Source of the DNA: a virus
Strand: one strand, 5' to 3'
Length of the DNA: 64,000 nt
IMG/VR virus record: IMGVR_UViG_3300022848_000014
Coordinates: 9,734 to 73,733 of that record
Numbering within the stretch: position 1 is the first letter of the stretch; every line of letters begins with the position of its first letter. This document shows, in pieces, positions 10,927-21,258 of this stretch. The notes under the pieces are model-generated. The model did not search any database. It was not told the origin of the DNA and saw nothing but the letters and a program-made list of their open reading frames with translations. A program made the translations under genes and the position numbers.

Positions 10927-11852
10927 AGATTGCTCATGTCAAACAACTCCTGATCAGTCATCGGCCTACCACCAACTTCCATCTTTGATAAAATATGGCG
11001 AATAGGTGTCCTATACAACTTCTCCCCCAGTACAGCATTGCCATCATTCTGCAGCTGTATCTTAAGACCCTTGTGCAAAACAACTAAATCACCAGCAGCA
11101 ACGTCCCCAGTGTCAGGCGCAAAATCCTCGCTGTACCATTCCACTTTCGATCCTACATACCTTACCCTACCATACTTTACACTCTCCCTATTATTCAAAT
11201 GGGCTAACATACGGCTCTCACGCATAACCTCATCCTCTACTGGCTCAAACAATACCCAACCATTTAACGGGAAAACATCCGTGTCGTCCTTGTCATAAAG
11301 CTTCTTCCCCTCTTCAAATATAGCAACCCCCTTAGACCGAAACCTTACAATGAAATCCCTGTAATTTACCATGCAGTATAAATCACCTGTCCCAATGTCA
11401 ATCACTGCACGGTGATCCCCCTTCGCATCTCCTAACCCTAGTGCCTGGGTTATCCCAAGGAAGCGCACCAGTACCCTATCTCCTACCTCAACCTCTATTA
11501 CCCCGAACTGATCGAAATCTGTCCTCTGGTCTTGTGCCTTGGCCAAACGTAAACCATCAGGCAACGATACAACCTCTACATACGTAGGTGCCCACTCATT
11601 CTGATGAAACTTAGTGTTCACACTCATGGCAAAACCATCTACAGACGACTCTATGATCTCCGTGTCACCCCTCGGTACTTTTACCAATACATGATTGTTT
11701 ATCATCCCCATACCTAAAATGCTATCCAGGGTCATCTCTAAATAACGAGGTCGCTGTATGTCATAACTCTTATCCCTACGCTCCTTATACTCCCGCTGAT
11801 TAACTTCTACCTCAGAACTTAATACACTGTCTTCATCTATTGTTATTCCCAT
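10923..11852 (-). CDS. Tandem two-domain GroES/Cpn10-like protein
   Basis: Two GroES-like units: INNHVLVK...EVVSLP...VEVGDRVLV and PLNGWVLFEP...GRVRYVG...VAAGDLVVL. Confidence 0.6.
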   Translation of the reverse strand: MGITIDEDSVLSSEVEVNQREYKERRDKSYDIQRPRYLEMTLDSILGMGMINNHVLVKVPRGDTEIIESSVDGFAMSVNTKFHQNEWAPTYVEVVSLPDGLRLAKAQDQRTDFDQFGVIEVEVGDRVLVRFLGITQALGLGDAKGDHRAVIDIGTGDLYCMVNYRDFIVRFRSKGVAIFEEGKKLYDKDDTDVFPLNGWVLFEPVEDEVMRESRMLAHLNNRESVKYGRVRYVGSKVEWYSEDFAPDTGDVAAGDLVVLHKGLKIQLQNDGNAVLGEKLYRTPIRHILSKMEVGGRPMTDQELFDMSNL

Positions 11853-11868
11853 TGCTATGTTTTTCCTA

Positions 11869-11876
11869 CAAACATA
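11869..11876 (-). promoter_or_regulatory. Bacteroidota -7 promoter element TATGTTTG heading the head operon
   Basis: TAnnTTTG 17 nt upstream of ATG 11852. Confidence 0.55.
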
Positions 11877-12578
11877 CGTTATTGTAACTTATTCACACTT
11901 GTAGTATTGCTACAATAGGGTTCCAGACGATACGATTTTATGAGGGGGGTCTAATCATAATAGGGCCAGGCACCGTGCGCATTGGGGAAACGGCAAACAC
12001 AGACCCCGCCCCCCGTTTCTGAATGAAGCGATAAAACAAGCGATTTTAAAGCATTCAAGACACCCCACGGGTAAAGCGTATAGATAAAGCTGATAGAAGC
12101 GATAGAATAGGGTCTCCATCGTGTGTAGAGGCAGCACCCTGCAATTGATAGCCAAGCAGTTAGAAGCCTACTTAACATAATAGCAATTATGGGACGACCA
12201 CAATAGCGACAGCAGCAGCACCACCACAGGAAGGGAGCCAATGATATGCGAGAGGCTAACACGTTGAAGCAAAGCAAGTAACCCTATTCAATACCCTTTA
12301 AAACGTAGGCCGTGCCAATCTTGACCTTTGTTTACCTGCTTTGTTTATGTTATGGGATGTAATGAGGTGGAACGCTTGGCCTACTTAAGGGAGAAGGGCA
12401 ACCGTGCAAGCCTTAAGACGTTTAAACCTGATCAATTCGCTTTTATTGGTCTTATTATACGTGTTCAAGTGTTCAATACCTTTATTTCCTGAAGCACGAA
12501 CAGCCCACCAATAGGGCAACACAGAACGAAAGTAAAATAAATTTTCCTAAACGTTAGGTTTAACCATTTAATAAGCCG

Positions 12579-12586
12579 TAGATTTG
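12579..12586 (+). promoter_or_regulatory. Bacteroidota -7 promoter element TAGATTTG heading the early region
   Basis: TAnnTTTG upstream of ATG 12620. Confidence 0.5.
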
Positions 12587-12619
12587 TGGATATATTACAA
12601 ACCGCAAAAACACACACAA

Positions 12620-12841
12620 ATGAAAATTTCCGCAATCAAATTAATTTCCACCTTTTTAGCGTTCACCTTTACAGCCGCAATTATAATCTACATTATTGCT
12701 ACAATGGCAAACGGACGCTTTACCAACCCATCTGAATGGAGCGAAGGAAGCCGAATTTTTTGTACAATCATTTCATTACTTGGAGGAATGTTGCTTACAG
12801 CGTATCACTTCGATATTACTCAATCTGAAAACGAACTTTAA
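12620..12841 (+). CDS. Small two-TM membrane protein
   Basis: Two hydrophobic segments; start moved to ATG 12620, downstream of the promoter element. Confidence 0.6.
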   Translation: MKISAIKLISTFLAFTFTAAIIIYIIATMANGRFTNPSEWSEGSRIFCTIISLLGGMLLTAYHFDITQSENEL

Positions 12842-12869
12842 TAAATACAAACCAACAAACAAATAAATT

Positions 12870-13130
12870 ATGAAAAATGCTTTTTTTATTACCGGTCTAA
12901 TCTTCGCAAGCTTTGCAGCCACTGCGCAAACAATGACAAAGGACGAAAACGGAAATTTCGTTCAGGTCAAAGCAGAGACAGCCGTACACGACAGCACAAC
13001 CACACACACGGCCAAATTTAACGGAAAGAAAGATGAACCCGTATACATTGGCAAACGTGGTGGAATGTATGTAATACGATACGCTAAAAAGTCAGGTAAA
13101 TTTTACCGCAAGTACTTGAAAAGAGAGTAG
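12870..13130 (+). CDS. Secreted basic protein
   Basis: Signal peptide (MKNAFF...AATAQ); basic C-terminus VYIGKRGGMYV...SGKFYRKY. Confidence 0.65.
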   Translation: MKNAFFITGLIFASFAATAQTMTKDENGNFVQVKAETAVHDSTTTHTAKFNGKKDEPVYIGKRGGMYVIRYAKKSGKFYRKYLKRE

Positions 13131-13144
13131 AAGCCACTGAAGCC

Positions 13145-13187
13145 ACCACCGCCCCACAATTTAAAACGTTGTGGGGTTTTTGGGTGC
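13145..13187 (+). repeat. 43-bp intergenic hairpin repeat, copy 1
   Basis: ACCACCGCCCCACAATTTAAAACGTTGTGGGGTTTTTGGGTGC. Confidence 0.95.
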
Positions 13188-13230
13188 CAGACTTTTGGCA
13201 AAAAAACCACAAATAAAAAAACCCAATACC

Positions 13231-13539
13231 ATGCAAGACAAGAGAAGAATAAATTTCGAATTTCACAACGAACGCCTAGAGTTAAACCGTTTCGATATTA
13301 TTGCGCTCGACAAATTAGGTGGAGACTTATTTAGACGCCAAAGCTTTTATGCAGATAACGTTGTTTGGTTTGATTGCCTTGGCCTATTCAAACTAAACAC
13401 TAGTGACATGTTTTGTATTTTACAGAATGACAACGAACCAAGCAAATTTTACCAGTTCGACTTCATTAACGACCTTTTCGATTTGTTGGATGATGAACTG
13501 AATGTAATTGAAACGGGCATAAACTTACTAGATATATAA
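13231..13539 (+). CDS. Early hypothetical protein
   Basis: ATG 13231 after repeat 1 and an A-rich leader. Confidence 0.65.
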   Translation: MQDKRRINFEFHNERLELNRFDIIALDKLGGDLFRRQSFYADNVVWFDCLGLFKLNTSDMFCILQNDNEPSKFYQFDFINDLFDLLDDELNVIETGINLLDI

Positions 13540-13678
13540 AGATGAACACCAACCTAACAAAACAAGAAAAAATAATTATTGCACTACTCAGAGGACACCA
13601 CCTAGAACCCGCAGAGATTGAGATAGCAAAACAACAAGTCCAAGCCCTTAATTTAAACCTAAAAACACGAATACCAAG

Positions 13679-14059
13679 ATGAAAAGCAAAGCGATAATTT
13701 CCAACATCAAGACATCTATAATGGGCACAATAAAATTCGATATGACCGCAAAAGGTCACAGAGGCACACAAAATTTTATTTGTTATCCGATAACAGAAGA
13801 AACCAAATTGATCACAATCCAAAGCGGCAAACGCATTGGAAAATATGACCCCGAGACCGGGATAATATTACTATCAAAAAGCCGTGCGAACAGTTCATAT
13901 TTTCACCATCTTCAAATGGATAATTTAACAGCCGTAGAAATTGACCCGCTAGAAAATCAAGAGTTGAAGATGAAAATATTCACGACCTCAGGAAAAAAAG
14001 TAGGAGAGTCAATAGTGAAATCTAACAACTCAGGAGCCATTAACATCTTTGAGATGTAG
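13679..14059 (+). CDS. Early hypothetical protein
   Basis: 126 aa ORF ending just before repeat 2. Confidence 0.7.
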   Translation: MKSKAIISNIKTSIMGTIKFDMTAKGHRGTQNFICYPITEETKLITIQSGKRIGKYDPETGIILLSKSRANSSYFHHLQMDNLTAVEIDPLENQELKMKIFTTSGKKVGESIVKSNNSGAINIFEM

Positions 14060-14076
14060 GAGATACTCAAGCCAAA

Positions 14077-14119
14077 ACCACCGCCCCACAATTTAAAACG
14101 TTGTGGGGTTTTTGGGTGC
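14077..14119 (+). repeat. 43-bp intergenic hairpin repeat, copy 2
   Basis: Identical to copy 1; near-identity extends ~30 nt further (CAGACTTTTGG-AAAAAAACCACAAATAAAA). Confidence 0.95.
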
Positions 14120-14155
14120 CAGACTTTTGGTAAAAAAACCACAAATAAAATTGAT

Positions 14156-14965
14156 ATGAATACTTCAAAAATTACCCCAGTGAAAACACTCAAGGCAGGA
14201 TTAGAAATTTATGAAACTTATAACCAATGGCAAGAAAAAGACGGAGCCTTATATTTTGCGGGAATTGGAATTATAATAAGCGGAAGAATGCACGAAGCAG
14301 ACACCGCCTATAATAAAAATTGGCAAAATAAATTCGTTGGCGAATTGCAATTGACATATATCGACCCCGATAAAAAAATGAGCGAAACGTTCTATACAGA
14401 AGGGACTTTCGGAATAACAATTTTTGCCGCAAATTCAGAAGATTTTATTTTGCAGTGTGAGAACTACCTTAATAAAAACTTTGAGGGGTTGAAGGAATAC
14501 TACAGAGAAGCAGACGAAACTGGGAGAATAGTAAGAAAAGTAAGAAAAAGAACGCCTAAGAACACGCAAACAAATAGACAAATAGGCAAAATAGCCGGGT
14601 GCATAGAATACGCATTTAGACAAAGCCACAAAAGAAAATCAGATCGATATGAATTTAAAGATATTGGAATGGAATCATTAACGGGAGAAGATGCAAAAAT
14701 GCGAGATTATTACATAAACAGAAGCAACAACAGACGCAACACAGACATAAAATATCAAAATAAACTGCAAAAATCATTTTTGAATCAATTCGGTTTCACG
14801 TTGAAAAGTGTAGTATTTAATTTTAAATTTTGTTTGCATTCTTTCGAAGCCAATCTACTAAAAACAAAAGGTATAGGAAAAGAAGAAGGGCAAAAACTTA
14901 AAGAAGTACTAACCGACAAAGAATTCAGAACAATTCAAAAAGCATTTAGATATTACAATTTCTAA
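14156..14965 (+). CDS. Early hypothetical protein
   Basis: 269 aa between repeats 2 and 3. Confidence 0.75.
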   Translation: MNTSKITPVKTLKAGLEIYETYNQWQEKDGALYFAGIGIIISGRMHEADTAYNKNWQNKFVGELQLTYIDPDKKMSETFYTEGTFGITIFAANSEDFILQCENYLNKNFEGLKEYYREADETGRIVRKVRKRTPKNTQTNRQIGKIAGCIEYAFRQSHKRKSDRYEFKDIGMESLTGEDAKMRDYYINRSNNRRNTDIKYQNKLQKSFLNQFGFTLKSVVFNFKFCLHSFEANLLKTKGIGKEEGQKLKEVLTDKEFRTIQKAFRYYNF

Positions 14966-14982
14966 AGATCTGCTTATTGCAA

Positions 14983-15025
14983 ACCACCGCCCCACAATTT
15001 AAAACGTTGTGGGGTTTTCGGGTGC
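14983..15025 (+). repeat. 43-bp intergenic hairpin repeat, copy 3
   Basis: One T>C difference from copies 1 and 2. Confidence 0.95.
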
Positions 15026-15045
15026 AAACCCTTAACACTTAAAAA

Positions 15046-15348
15046 ATGGATTCATTCGAAACAAGATACAGCACATTAAAAAAATGTATCAAATTGAGAC
15101 AACAAGCGGAAAAAAGCGAAAATATTACAGAGGTGCGAAATCTTGTAAATAATATTTTTGAGATTCACACGATACACAGCCAACAAATTAAAGCCAAAAT
15201 AAAAGGGAAAGACTTTACTGATGTTCACGGTTTAGATTTTAATGTTTGGGCATACGATACGGAATACGATATAGAGAAAGTTTACTACTCAATCAAAGAC
15301 AAATACCATTCTTTGCATTGGGATAAATACGGGTATAACGCTTATTGA
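15046..15348 (+). CDS. Early hypothetical protein
   Basis: 100 aa between repeats 3 and 4. Confidence 0.7.
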   Translation: MDSFETRYSTLKKCIKLRQQAEKSENITEVRNLVNNIFEIHTIHSQQIKAKIKGKDFTDVHGLDFNVWAYDTEYDIEKVYYSIKDKYHSLHWDKYGYNAY

Positions 15349-15362
15349 TTACTAAAGCCGAA

Positions 15363-15405
15363 ACCACCGCCCCACAATTTAAAACGTTGTGGGGTTTTCG
15401 GGTGC
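15363..15405 (+). repeat. 43-bp intergenic hairpin repeat, copy 4
   Basis: Identical to copy 3. Confidence 0.95.
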
Positions 15406-15493
15406 AGGTGCAAGAGCTCAGGAACCAACACCGCACAACATTCTCCAGGCCCGAAGCCAAGACCGCATTGAAAAACCCAAAAAACACAATAAA

Positions 15494-15928
15494 ATGCCAA
15501 GAATAGAAATTGTAGAATACATTTTACCCTCTCATCTTGCAAACTATCTGATCAATGGAGACGCAGACAATTTGACAAGCGAAGAGCAGAAAGAGATTGA
15601 CGATTTTTGCGAAGAACATGATGTAAGATGTACGGACGCAGACACAGAGAACGACTATTTTAGCCCTAGCAATGATATGACAGGGTACAGACTAGCGGGA
15701 GACGTTTGTAAATTCACATTTGTAAGGAATAACCCAATAGACTACTTTGAAAAGTACGAACTATTGCCACCAACAGCGAGAGCAATTGTAGGGCTGTTTT
15801 CAGATATTCAATCTAACAAGGGACTGTCTTACGAAGATTGTAAATACTTTCTAATGCTAATGGAGCGAATAGGGTATACATTTGACTATGACTTAAGGGC
15901 AGAACCTTTTAATCTCAGATTGATTTAA
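15494..15928 (+). CDS. Early acidic hypothetical protein
   Basis: ATG 15494 (MPRIEIVEY...YLINGDADNL); the track's upstream extension runs through repeat 4. Confidence 0.65.
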   Translation: MPRIEIVEYILPSHLANYLINGDADNLTSEEQKEIDDFCEEHDVRCTDADTENDYFSPSNDMTGYRLAGDVCKFTFVRNNPIDYFEKYELLPPTARAIVGLFSDIQSNKGLSYEDCKYFLMLMERIGYTFDYDLRAEPFNLRLI

Positions 15929-16077
15929 CCCGAAATAAAGCGAGATGAAAAAAACGACAAAAGCTATTTTTGATAGCCTAAAGCAAGAACTTAAGCAAGT
16001 CAAGACAACCAAGGATAAAGCACTCATTAAATTTGCGGAAGTGATAATTTTACAGCACAATAAATACCTATAAAATA

Positions 16078-16365
16078 ATGGAATCAAATACAGAATTATT
16101 GAATCTCGAAAAGAAAAAAATCGAATTATTCAACAAAATTGGCAGACGGAAAAAAGAAATGTCTAAGGAACTGTTCACGCAAAAAGAAATTTTTGAAACG
16201 CCACAGATCAATGACAAATTATTTGACTTGTCACCAAGCTTGGAAGCCGGTCAATCTACTCTTCAGGAATTGAAAGACGAGTACAAAATCATTTCGAGAA
16301 TTATTGCCGACATCAAAGAGTCTATTCGTCAGAGCAAAAAATGGAAGCAAAGCAGTATTAAATAG
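16078..16365 (+). CDS. Hypothetical coiled-coil protein
   Basis: 95 aa ORF in the early operon. Confidence 0.6.
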   Translation: MESNTELLNLEKKKIELFNKIGRRKKEMSKELFTQKEIFETPQINDKLFDLSPSLEAGQSTLQELKDEYKIISRIIADIKESIRQSKKWKQSSIK

Positions 16366-16421
16366 TTGTAGTATAGTTACAAATAGTGTATATTCGCATT
16401 TATAAACCACAAACGATTGAC

Positions 16422-16670
16422 ATGAAGAAAAAGGAATTTTCAACAAAACCAGCACTTAAAGGACAGTTAGCACATATCTTTCTCTTTTTTGATGAAGATA
16501 ATTGTGAGAGAGCAGTTCAATTTCTAAATAGTACAGAAATAGCCGAAATAAGGTTCGCTAAAATATTTCCGGGCAGAAAAGACCATGACGGGGTAGAGAT
16601 AGAATGTTATGGGGGTGAGAGGGAAGGATTTGTGCCTGAATTCTTAGAAGCAATGAAACCACAAAAATAA
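16422..16670 (+). CDS. Hypothetical protein
   Basis: ATG 16422 after a TATATTCG promoter-like element and AAACCAC leader. Confidence 0.6.
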   Translation: MKKKEFSTKPALKGQLAHIFLFFDEDNCERAVQFLNSTEIAEIRFAKIFPGRKDHDGVEIECYGGEREGFVPEFLEAMKPQK

Positions 16671-16677
16671 GAATACC

Positions 16678-16911
16678 ATGAAAACAGCAAATTTCGTAGA
16701 ACAAAGGAACCTTTTTGATCAAAAAGATCAAGAAACACAGAAGCGAGAATCTGAAGAAAAAGAGGAATACAAAGAACGCCAAACCGCAGCCCACAGTGAA
16801 ATGAGAGAAGCCATTAATGATGGAATAGCATCTTATGGGGACTTAGAGGATATTTGCCTTGGTCATGGGGTTGATTGCGACGAAATTGAAATGATCTTAC
16901 TTGGCTACTAA
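16678..16911 (+). CDS. Hypothetical acidic protein
   Basis: 77 aa ORF. Confidence 0.6.
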   Translation: MKTANFVEQRNLFDQKDQETQKRESEEKEEYKERQTAAHSEMREAINDGIASYGDLEDICLGHGVDCDEIEMILLGY

Positions 16912-16984
16912 ATTTGTGTTGGTTGTAAGTCCAATAAATTGTGAACACGGCCCTTCATTGGGTTGTAAACAAACCACAAATAAC

Positions 16985-17290
16985 ATGAAAATTATAAAAG
17001 TAACATACGCAATAAATGGGGCAGAAAGCAATACGGACATTTACCCCACGCATTCCTCTCATTTCACGAAGTTTTTTTTCAATTTTGAGATATGTATTCA
17101 TTCTGAGGATAAGCCAATAGACTCAATTGGAATTCATAATGATATTGTCCTCAGAAGCCACAACGAACTCAGGGAATACGCAATCAAAGAAGCCAAAAGT
17201 TGGGGACACGAGCATTTTGATATGTATCAAGAGGTATGTATATCGAAGAACTTGAACTTTATTTCACACAACGCTGAATACCACAAATAG
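16985..17290 (+). CDS. Hypothetical protein
   Basis: ATG 16985 after an AAACCACAAA leader. Confidence 0.6.
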   Translation: MKIIKVTYAINGAESNTDIYPTHSSHFTKFFFNFEICIHSEDKPIDSIGIHNDIVLRSHNELREYAIKEAKSWGHEHFDMYQEVCISKNLNFISHNAEYHK

Positions 17291-17291
17291 T

Positions 17292-17762
17292 ATGAATAAG
17301 CAAATAGAAATATTCGAGGAACTGTACAAATTTGCAGAGATAGATGTTACTTACAAGCGCAGGGTGAAAGCTAAGGATAGAGTCAAAATAACACAGTCAA
17401 GTGACTTTTACAATGGCATTAAACCATATTACGGGGAACAGTTAGAATATAAGGAGAAATTTTTTGTTGCAGCACTGAATAGGGCTAATAAAATTGTAGC
17501 CATCTCAAAAATTTCTGAAGGAGGTATCTCAGGGACAGTAGTTGATCCTAGAATTATAATGCAAATGTTACTACTTAATAACGCAAGCGCATTTATTATA
17601 AGTCATAACCACCCAAGCGGAAGTCTTAATCCAAGTGAGTCGGATATTCACTTAACAGAAAAGCTTAAAAAAATAGGTAACCTTTTGGAAATTAAATTGC
17701 TCGACCACATAATTGCAGCAGAGGAAGGGTACTACTCATTTGCTGATGACGGGAAAATATAA
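17292..17762 (+). CDS. radC: RadC-like JAB domain protein
   Basis: E.F...LNRAN, HNHPSGSLNPSESD, LLDHII, YYSFADDG motifs. Confidence 0.9.
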   Translation: MNKQIEIFEELYKFAEIDVTYKRRVKAKDRVKITQSSDFYNGIKPYYGEQLEYKEKFFVAALNRANKIVAISKISEGGISGTVVDPRIIMQMLLLNNASAFIISHNHPSGSLNPSESDIHLTEKLKKIGNLLEIKLLDHIIAAEEGYYSFADDGKI

Positions 17763-17783
17763 CAACTCATTAAAACTGAAGAT

Positions 17784-18266
17784 ATGAATGACAATGAATT
17801 TAAAACCTACCAATGCGAAGTTGAAGCCTTCTCTGATGTATGGTTATTTATGACACACACACCCGGTACAGTTCACGGGTACGAACTGAAAGGTGATGCA
17901 AGCGTAGTTGGTAACTTAACACTGCTATTTCATAGTCTACTATCATTGGAAGAGATTAAAGCGATTCTGAAGGATGTGATGGATGGACACGTAATGGAGA
18001 GAACAGTTAAAGAATGGAATGGTGAGAATGACCTTGGCCAGTTCAAGTATCAAGAAATAAAAAACATCTTAATAGCAAGAGCCAAAATTTGCGTAGAACG
18101 CGGATTTAACCACTTTGTACATGAGATACAGCGACCGCTGGATTACCAAAGAGTGATAAGAGACATAGGAAAAGATACCAATGGATATATTACCATTTCC
18201 TCTTTTCTGAAGCCAACAAAAAACACTAACACTACTGAAATCGTATTCAGAATCATAACAAAATAG
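17784..18266 (+). CDS. Hypothetical protein
   Basis: 160 aa ORF. Confidence 0.65.
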   Translation: MNDNEFKTYQCEVEAFSDVWLFMTHTPGTVHGYELKGDASVVGNLTLLFHSLLSLEEIKAILKDVMDGHVMERTVKEWNGENDLGQFKYQEIKNILIARAKICVERGFNHFVHEIQRPLDYQRVIRDIGKDTNGYITISSFLKPTKNTNTTEIVFRIITK

Positions 18267-18335
18267 ATATGAAAAGTACAAGACAAGCAATTCAATTTTA
18301 ACGTCAAAATTGAAGCGCAGGACATTAAAGAGTCA

Positions 18336-18755
18336 ATGGTAATGTTGTCCCTATTGACGGCTGAAGAGACGCGGATGACGAGCGCGACTGAAGCGAATGT
18401 TGGCAAGATGTTGCCAGAACACGCATTTCAGGTAATGACTCAAGACCCTGAAGAAAAAGATAGATATGTATCACTTATGGAGACACACTACCTTGTTTCG
18501 GAAGCCATAGTAGTAATGCGTATGCAAGGGGAAGATACGCAGCCAATAGATTTTCGGGAATTCTACGATAATGGAGGTACCGGAATGCTGATGGAGGCAG
18601 CTAGACTAATTGCTGAAAGATTTGAAGCGAAATACTCTGACTTCGATTGGAATGCTGAAGTCGATATTAATGAACCAAGTTATTGGGAAGCAGTTGAAAC
18701 ATTTGTAGGCCAAACCGATTGGTTGAATATTTACAATAATAACCCGGCAACATAA
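18336..18755 (+). CDS. Hypothetical acidic protein
   Basis: 139 aa ORF; start uncertain. Confidence 0.6.
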   Translation: MVMLSLLTAEETRMTSATEANVGKMLPEHAFQVMTQDPEEKDRYVSLMETHYLVSEAIVVMRMQGEDTQPIDFREFYDNGGTGMLMEAARLIAERFEAKYSDFDWNAEVDINEPSYWEAVETFVGQTDWLNIYNNNPAT

Positions 18756-18927
18756 TGAGAGGAAAAGAAAGTATAGCCAAGACCAAGAAGGTAATGGTAG
18801 GACTCGGAATTATTGTGATAGGAATCTTTGCACAAGACTACGAAATGGGAGTGGCATTTTGGTTTTTTCTTGTTGGGATATTTGTAGTAGTTAGCTAAAG
18901 AATAATTTTCACTTAATTTGTAAGATA

Positions 18928-19224
18928 ATGACAACAACGAAGTCAATGATCAAAAATACTGATGTTAGAAATCTAATCGAAACAGCCCGGGACAAGGGTT
19001 GTTTCTTTTGGACTGCCAAACTACCATACACAGTTGATATGGTTCAGGAGGTGATAATTGTCAAGACTGAAGGAGGACTCAAAGCTATTCGTATGCAAGA
19101 GCTCATAATGGAGCCAGAATTTATGAAAGCAGTTGCAGGGTCACAAGAATACTTGTTGCAAAGGTACAAGAAGGGATTGTGGACTAATTTTGTTCACGCA
19201 TTAATAACTCAAGAAGAAAGGTAG
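18928..19224 (+). CDS. Hypothetical protein
   Basis: 98 aa ORF. Confidence 0.6.
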   Translation: MTTTKSMIKNTDVRNLIETARDKGCFFWTAKLPYTVDMVQEVIIVKTEGGLKAIRMQELIMEPEFMKAVAGSQEYLLQRYKKGLWTNFVHALITQEER

Positions 19225-19494
19225 ATGATACTCATATTTAGAATTTCGGATGGAAAGCCGATCAAGACAGTTACTACACTTAAGGAAGCTTCAGAAGCTA
19301 CCGGGTGCGATATGGGCAATATCTCAAATATTATCAAGGGTACTATTGACCAGAGTAAGGGCTATACATTCGTAAAGACAGATGGGACTCTGAGCAGAAT
19401 ACTTTGCTCGACATTGGTAGATGATTATTTTAGAATACGGGAGAACAGTCTTAAGGACTACATTTGTAAAAAACAAAGTGGAAATTATGTTTGA
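19225..19494 (+). CDS. NUMOD1-type HTH DNA-binding protein
   Basis: G..IK...TLKEASEATGCDMGNISNIIKG....SKGYTF pattern. Confidence 0.7.
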   Translation: MILIFRISDGKPIKTVTTLKEASEATGCDMGNISNIIKGTIDQSKGYTFVKTDGTLSRILCSTLVDDYFRIRENSLKDYICKKQSGNYV

Positions 19495-19680
19495 GACATT
19501 TGCAAAGAGAAACCCGTCAGAAGGTTTTAAGATGGACGGAGAAAACAAGCTCATTTCCTCCGGGCACACAATAGTAAAAGAAGCAGGTAAAATTGTATGT
19601 CAAAAAGACGGACCCTGGGATACCGTGTTTTCCGTTCCCGAAAATATAAGCTACGCACTTTTTGAAAAACTGATGTTCGA

Positions 19681-20034
19681 ATGTTTAAGTTAGATGAATT
19701 CAAAAACCAAAGGAGCCTATTTGCGTCGAAGCGAATAGGCTCTGATGGTAGGAGTGAGTTGAGTGGTAGAAATATTGACTTGAATAATGTTTGTTGCTAC
19801 GCACATATTTTACCCAAAGGTTCGTACCCACACTTAAAACTTGTTGCAAAAAACATAATCCTGGTCCACCCAGATGAGCACACTATACGAGACCAAGGAA
19901 CTGTTCAACAAGAAAAACAGTACAAAGAGAGGTACCCCGACACGAATTGGGAGACTTGGGACTTAAGGAAAGAAGAGATGCTAGAAATTCACGCACTAAA
20001 CAGTAAGTCCAGAATAGCGTTTGTGAAAAAGTGA
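19681..20034 (+). CDS. HNH-like nuclease-fold protein
   Basis: AHILPKGSYPHLK...NIILVHPDEH. Confidence 0.55.
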   Translation: MFKLDEFKNQRSLFASKRIGSDGRSELSGRNIDLNNVCCYAHILPKGSYPHLKLVAKNIILVHPDEHTIRDQGTVQQEKQYKERYPDTNWETWDLRKEEMLEIHALNSKSRIAFVKK

Positions 20035-20036
20035 TT

Positions 20037-21258
20037 TCATGATATTATCTCTAGGGAATCTAAGTAATGATTGTAGCACGGATCCTCCCAATGCTGGATT
20101 TCTGACTTTTCATGGGTATCCTCATCCACCATGTACAAGAGAGTCACCTTTGAAGTATCATACGGATAGTATTCAGTTTCATAGAGCTCACCCACTTTCG
20201 GGATACGACCATTTGAATGAGTGATCCTTACTATCATGATTTTATATCTGTTTAGTTTTATTTGATTTTGAATACCACGTCACTGGATGAAGCTCTTGGC
20301 TTTCTTCCCTCTGAAGTGCGGTTAATAGTTGCGACCTGTAAACCTCAACATGAAATCGAAACATTCTAGTATTTCCCTTGATTGGTTTCTTTACCGCTGA
20401 AGCAACGTGGTAGACACTGTTTGATTGCTTCTGACCTATAGCTACAAGAAAATCATCTTCTTTTACACCTCCTTTCCATACAGGCATGTCGATATAAAGC
20501 TTTCTTAATCGATCAGGCATTTTATTTTTGTTTTTCAAGTTCAATGTCTAATGCCTTTTTCGCTGCGGTCATTGTAGTTTTGGATGCGTTGTAAATTAAT
20601 CGATAGACACTACGATCTATGTATATCTTACAGAGACTTTGGAATCGATGTTGGATTTGTGCTGTAAGATTATTCAGTAAATCAAACCTATGCTGTGCGT
20701 AATTCTCAAGCATTGCCAGTATTTTTAGCTTGAAGTTAATACTTACCTCTGAGTCGATCCACTGAGGATTATTCTTGTTCTCATAAAGGTGTTTGACTGA
20801 ATCTTGCAAGTCCAAAAGGAATACAAATATTTCCTCTGGCTCGTCAGTTTCCTGAAGCCACTTTTGCTTCTCCTTCGCGTAATCCGTATCTATTTTATCT
20901 TGTATTATCATGATATTTTGTAGTCTATTAATTGACTCTTTCTGTAAAAAAATGGCTCTACGTCTTCATCCATGTCAAAAAGTCTCATTATCACTTCGCC
21001 ATCGTCATCAACGGCAAACCCATCACACTTTTTAATGGTCATTCCACCTTCTACAAAAAGGGTAATAATTTTACCGTTCACACCTGGATACTCTTTGCTT
21101 CCAAGTATTTGGGCCAACTCGTCTCTTCTCATTGTTTTAAGCTCGATAATAAAGTGGAGCTTCTTTAAAGTGATCTCTGCGCTACTTGCCATTTGTCTAA
21201 TAAGTTTTTGCTGCTTGTGCTTGAATAAAACTCTTCGCTGTCGTGTAACTTTTTCCAT
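20037..21258 (-). CDS. Four small hypothetical ORFs at the end of the replication operon (20037-20237, 20242-20544, 20522-20911, 20908-21258)
   Basis: Contiguous or overlapping minus-strand ORFs. Confidence 0.55.

Noticed and set aside
11951-12277. ORFs in the late/early gap
   Set aside because: Low-complexity, atypical composition and no leader signals; treated as non-coding.
13145-15405. 43-bp repeats as a CRISPR array
   Set aside because: The intervals are ~340-890 bp and contain whole genes; no cas genes in the window.
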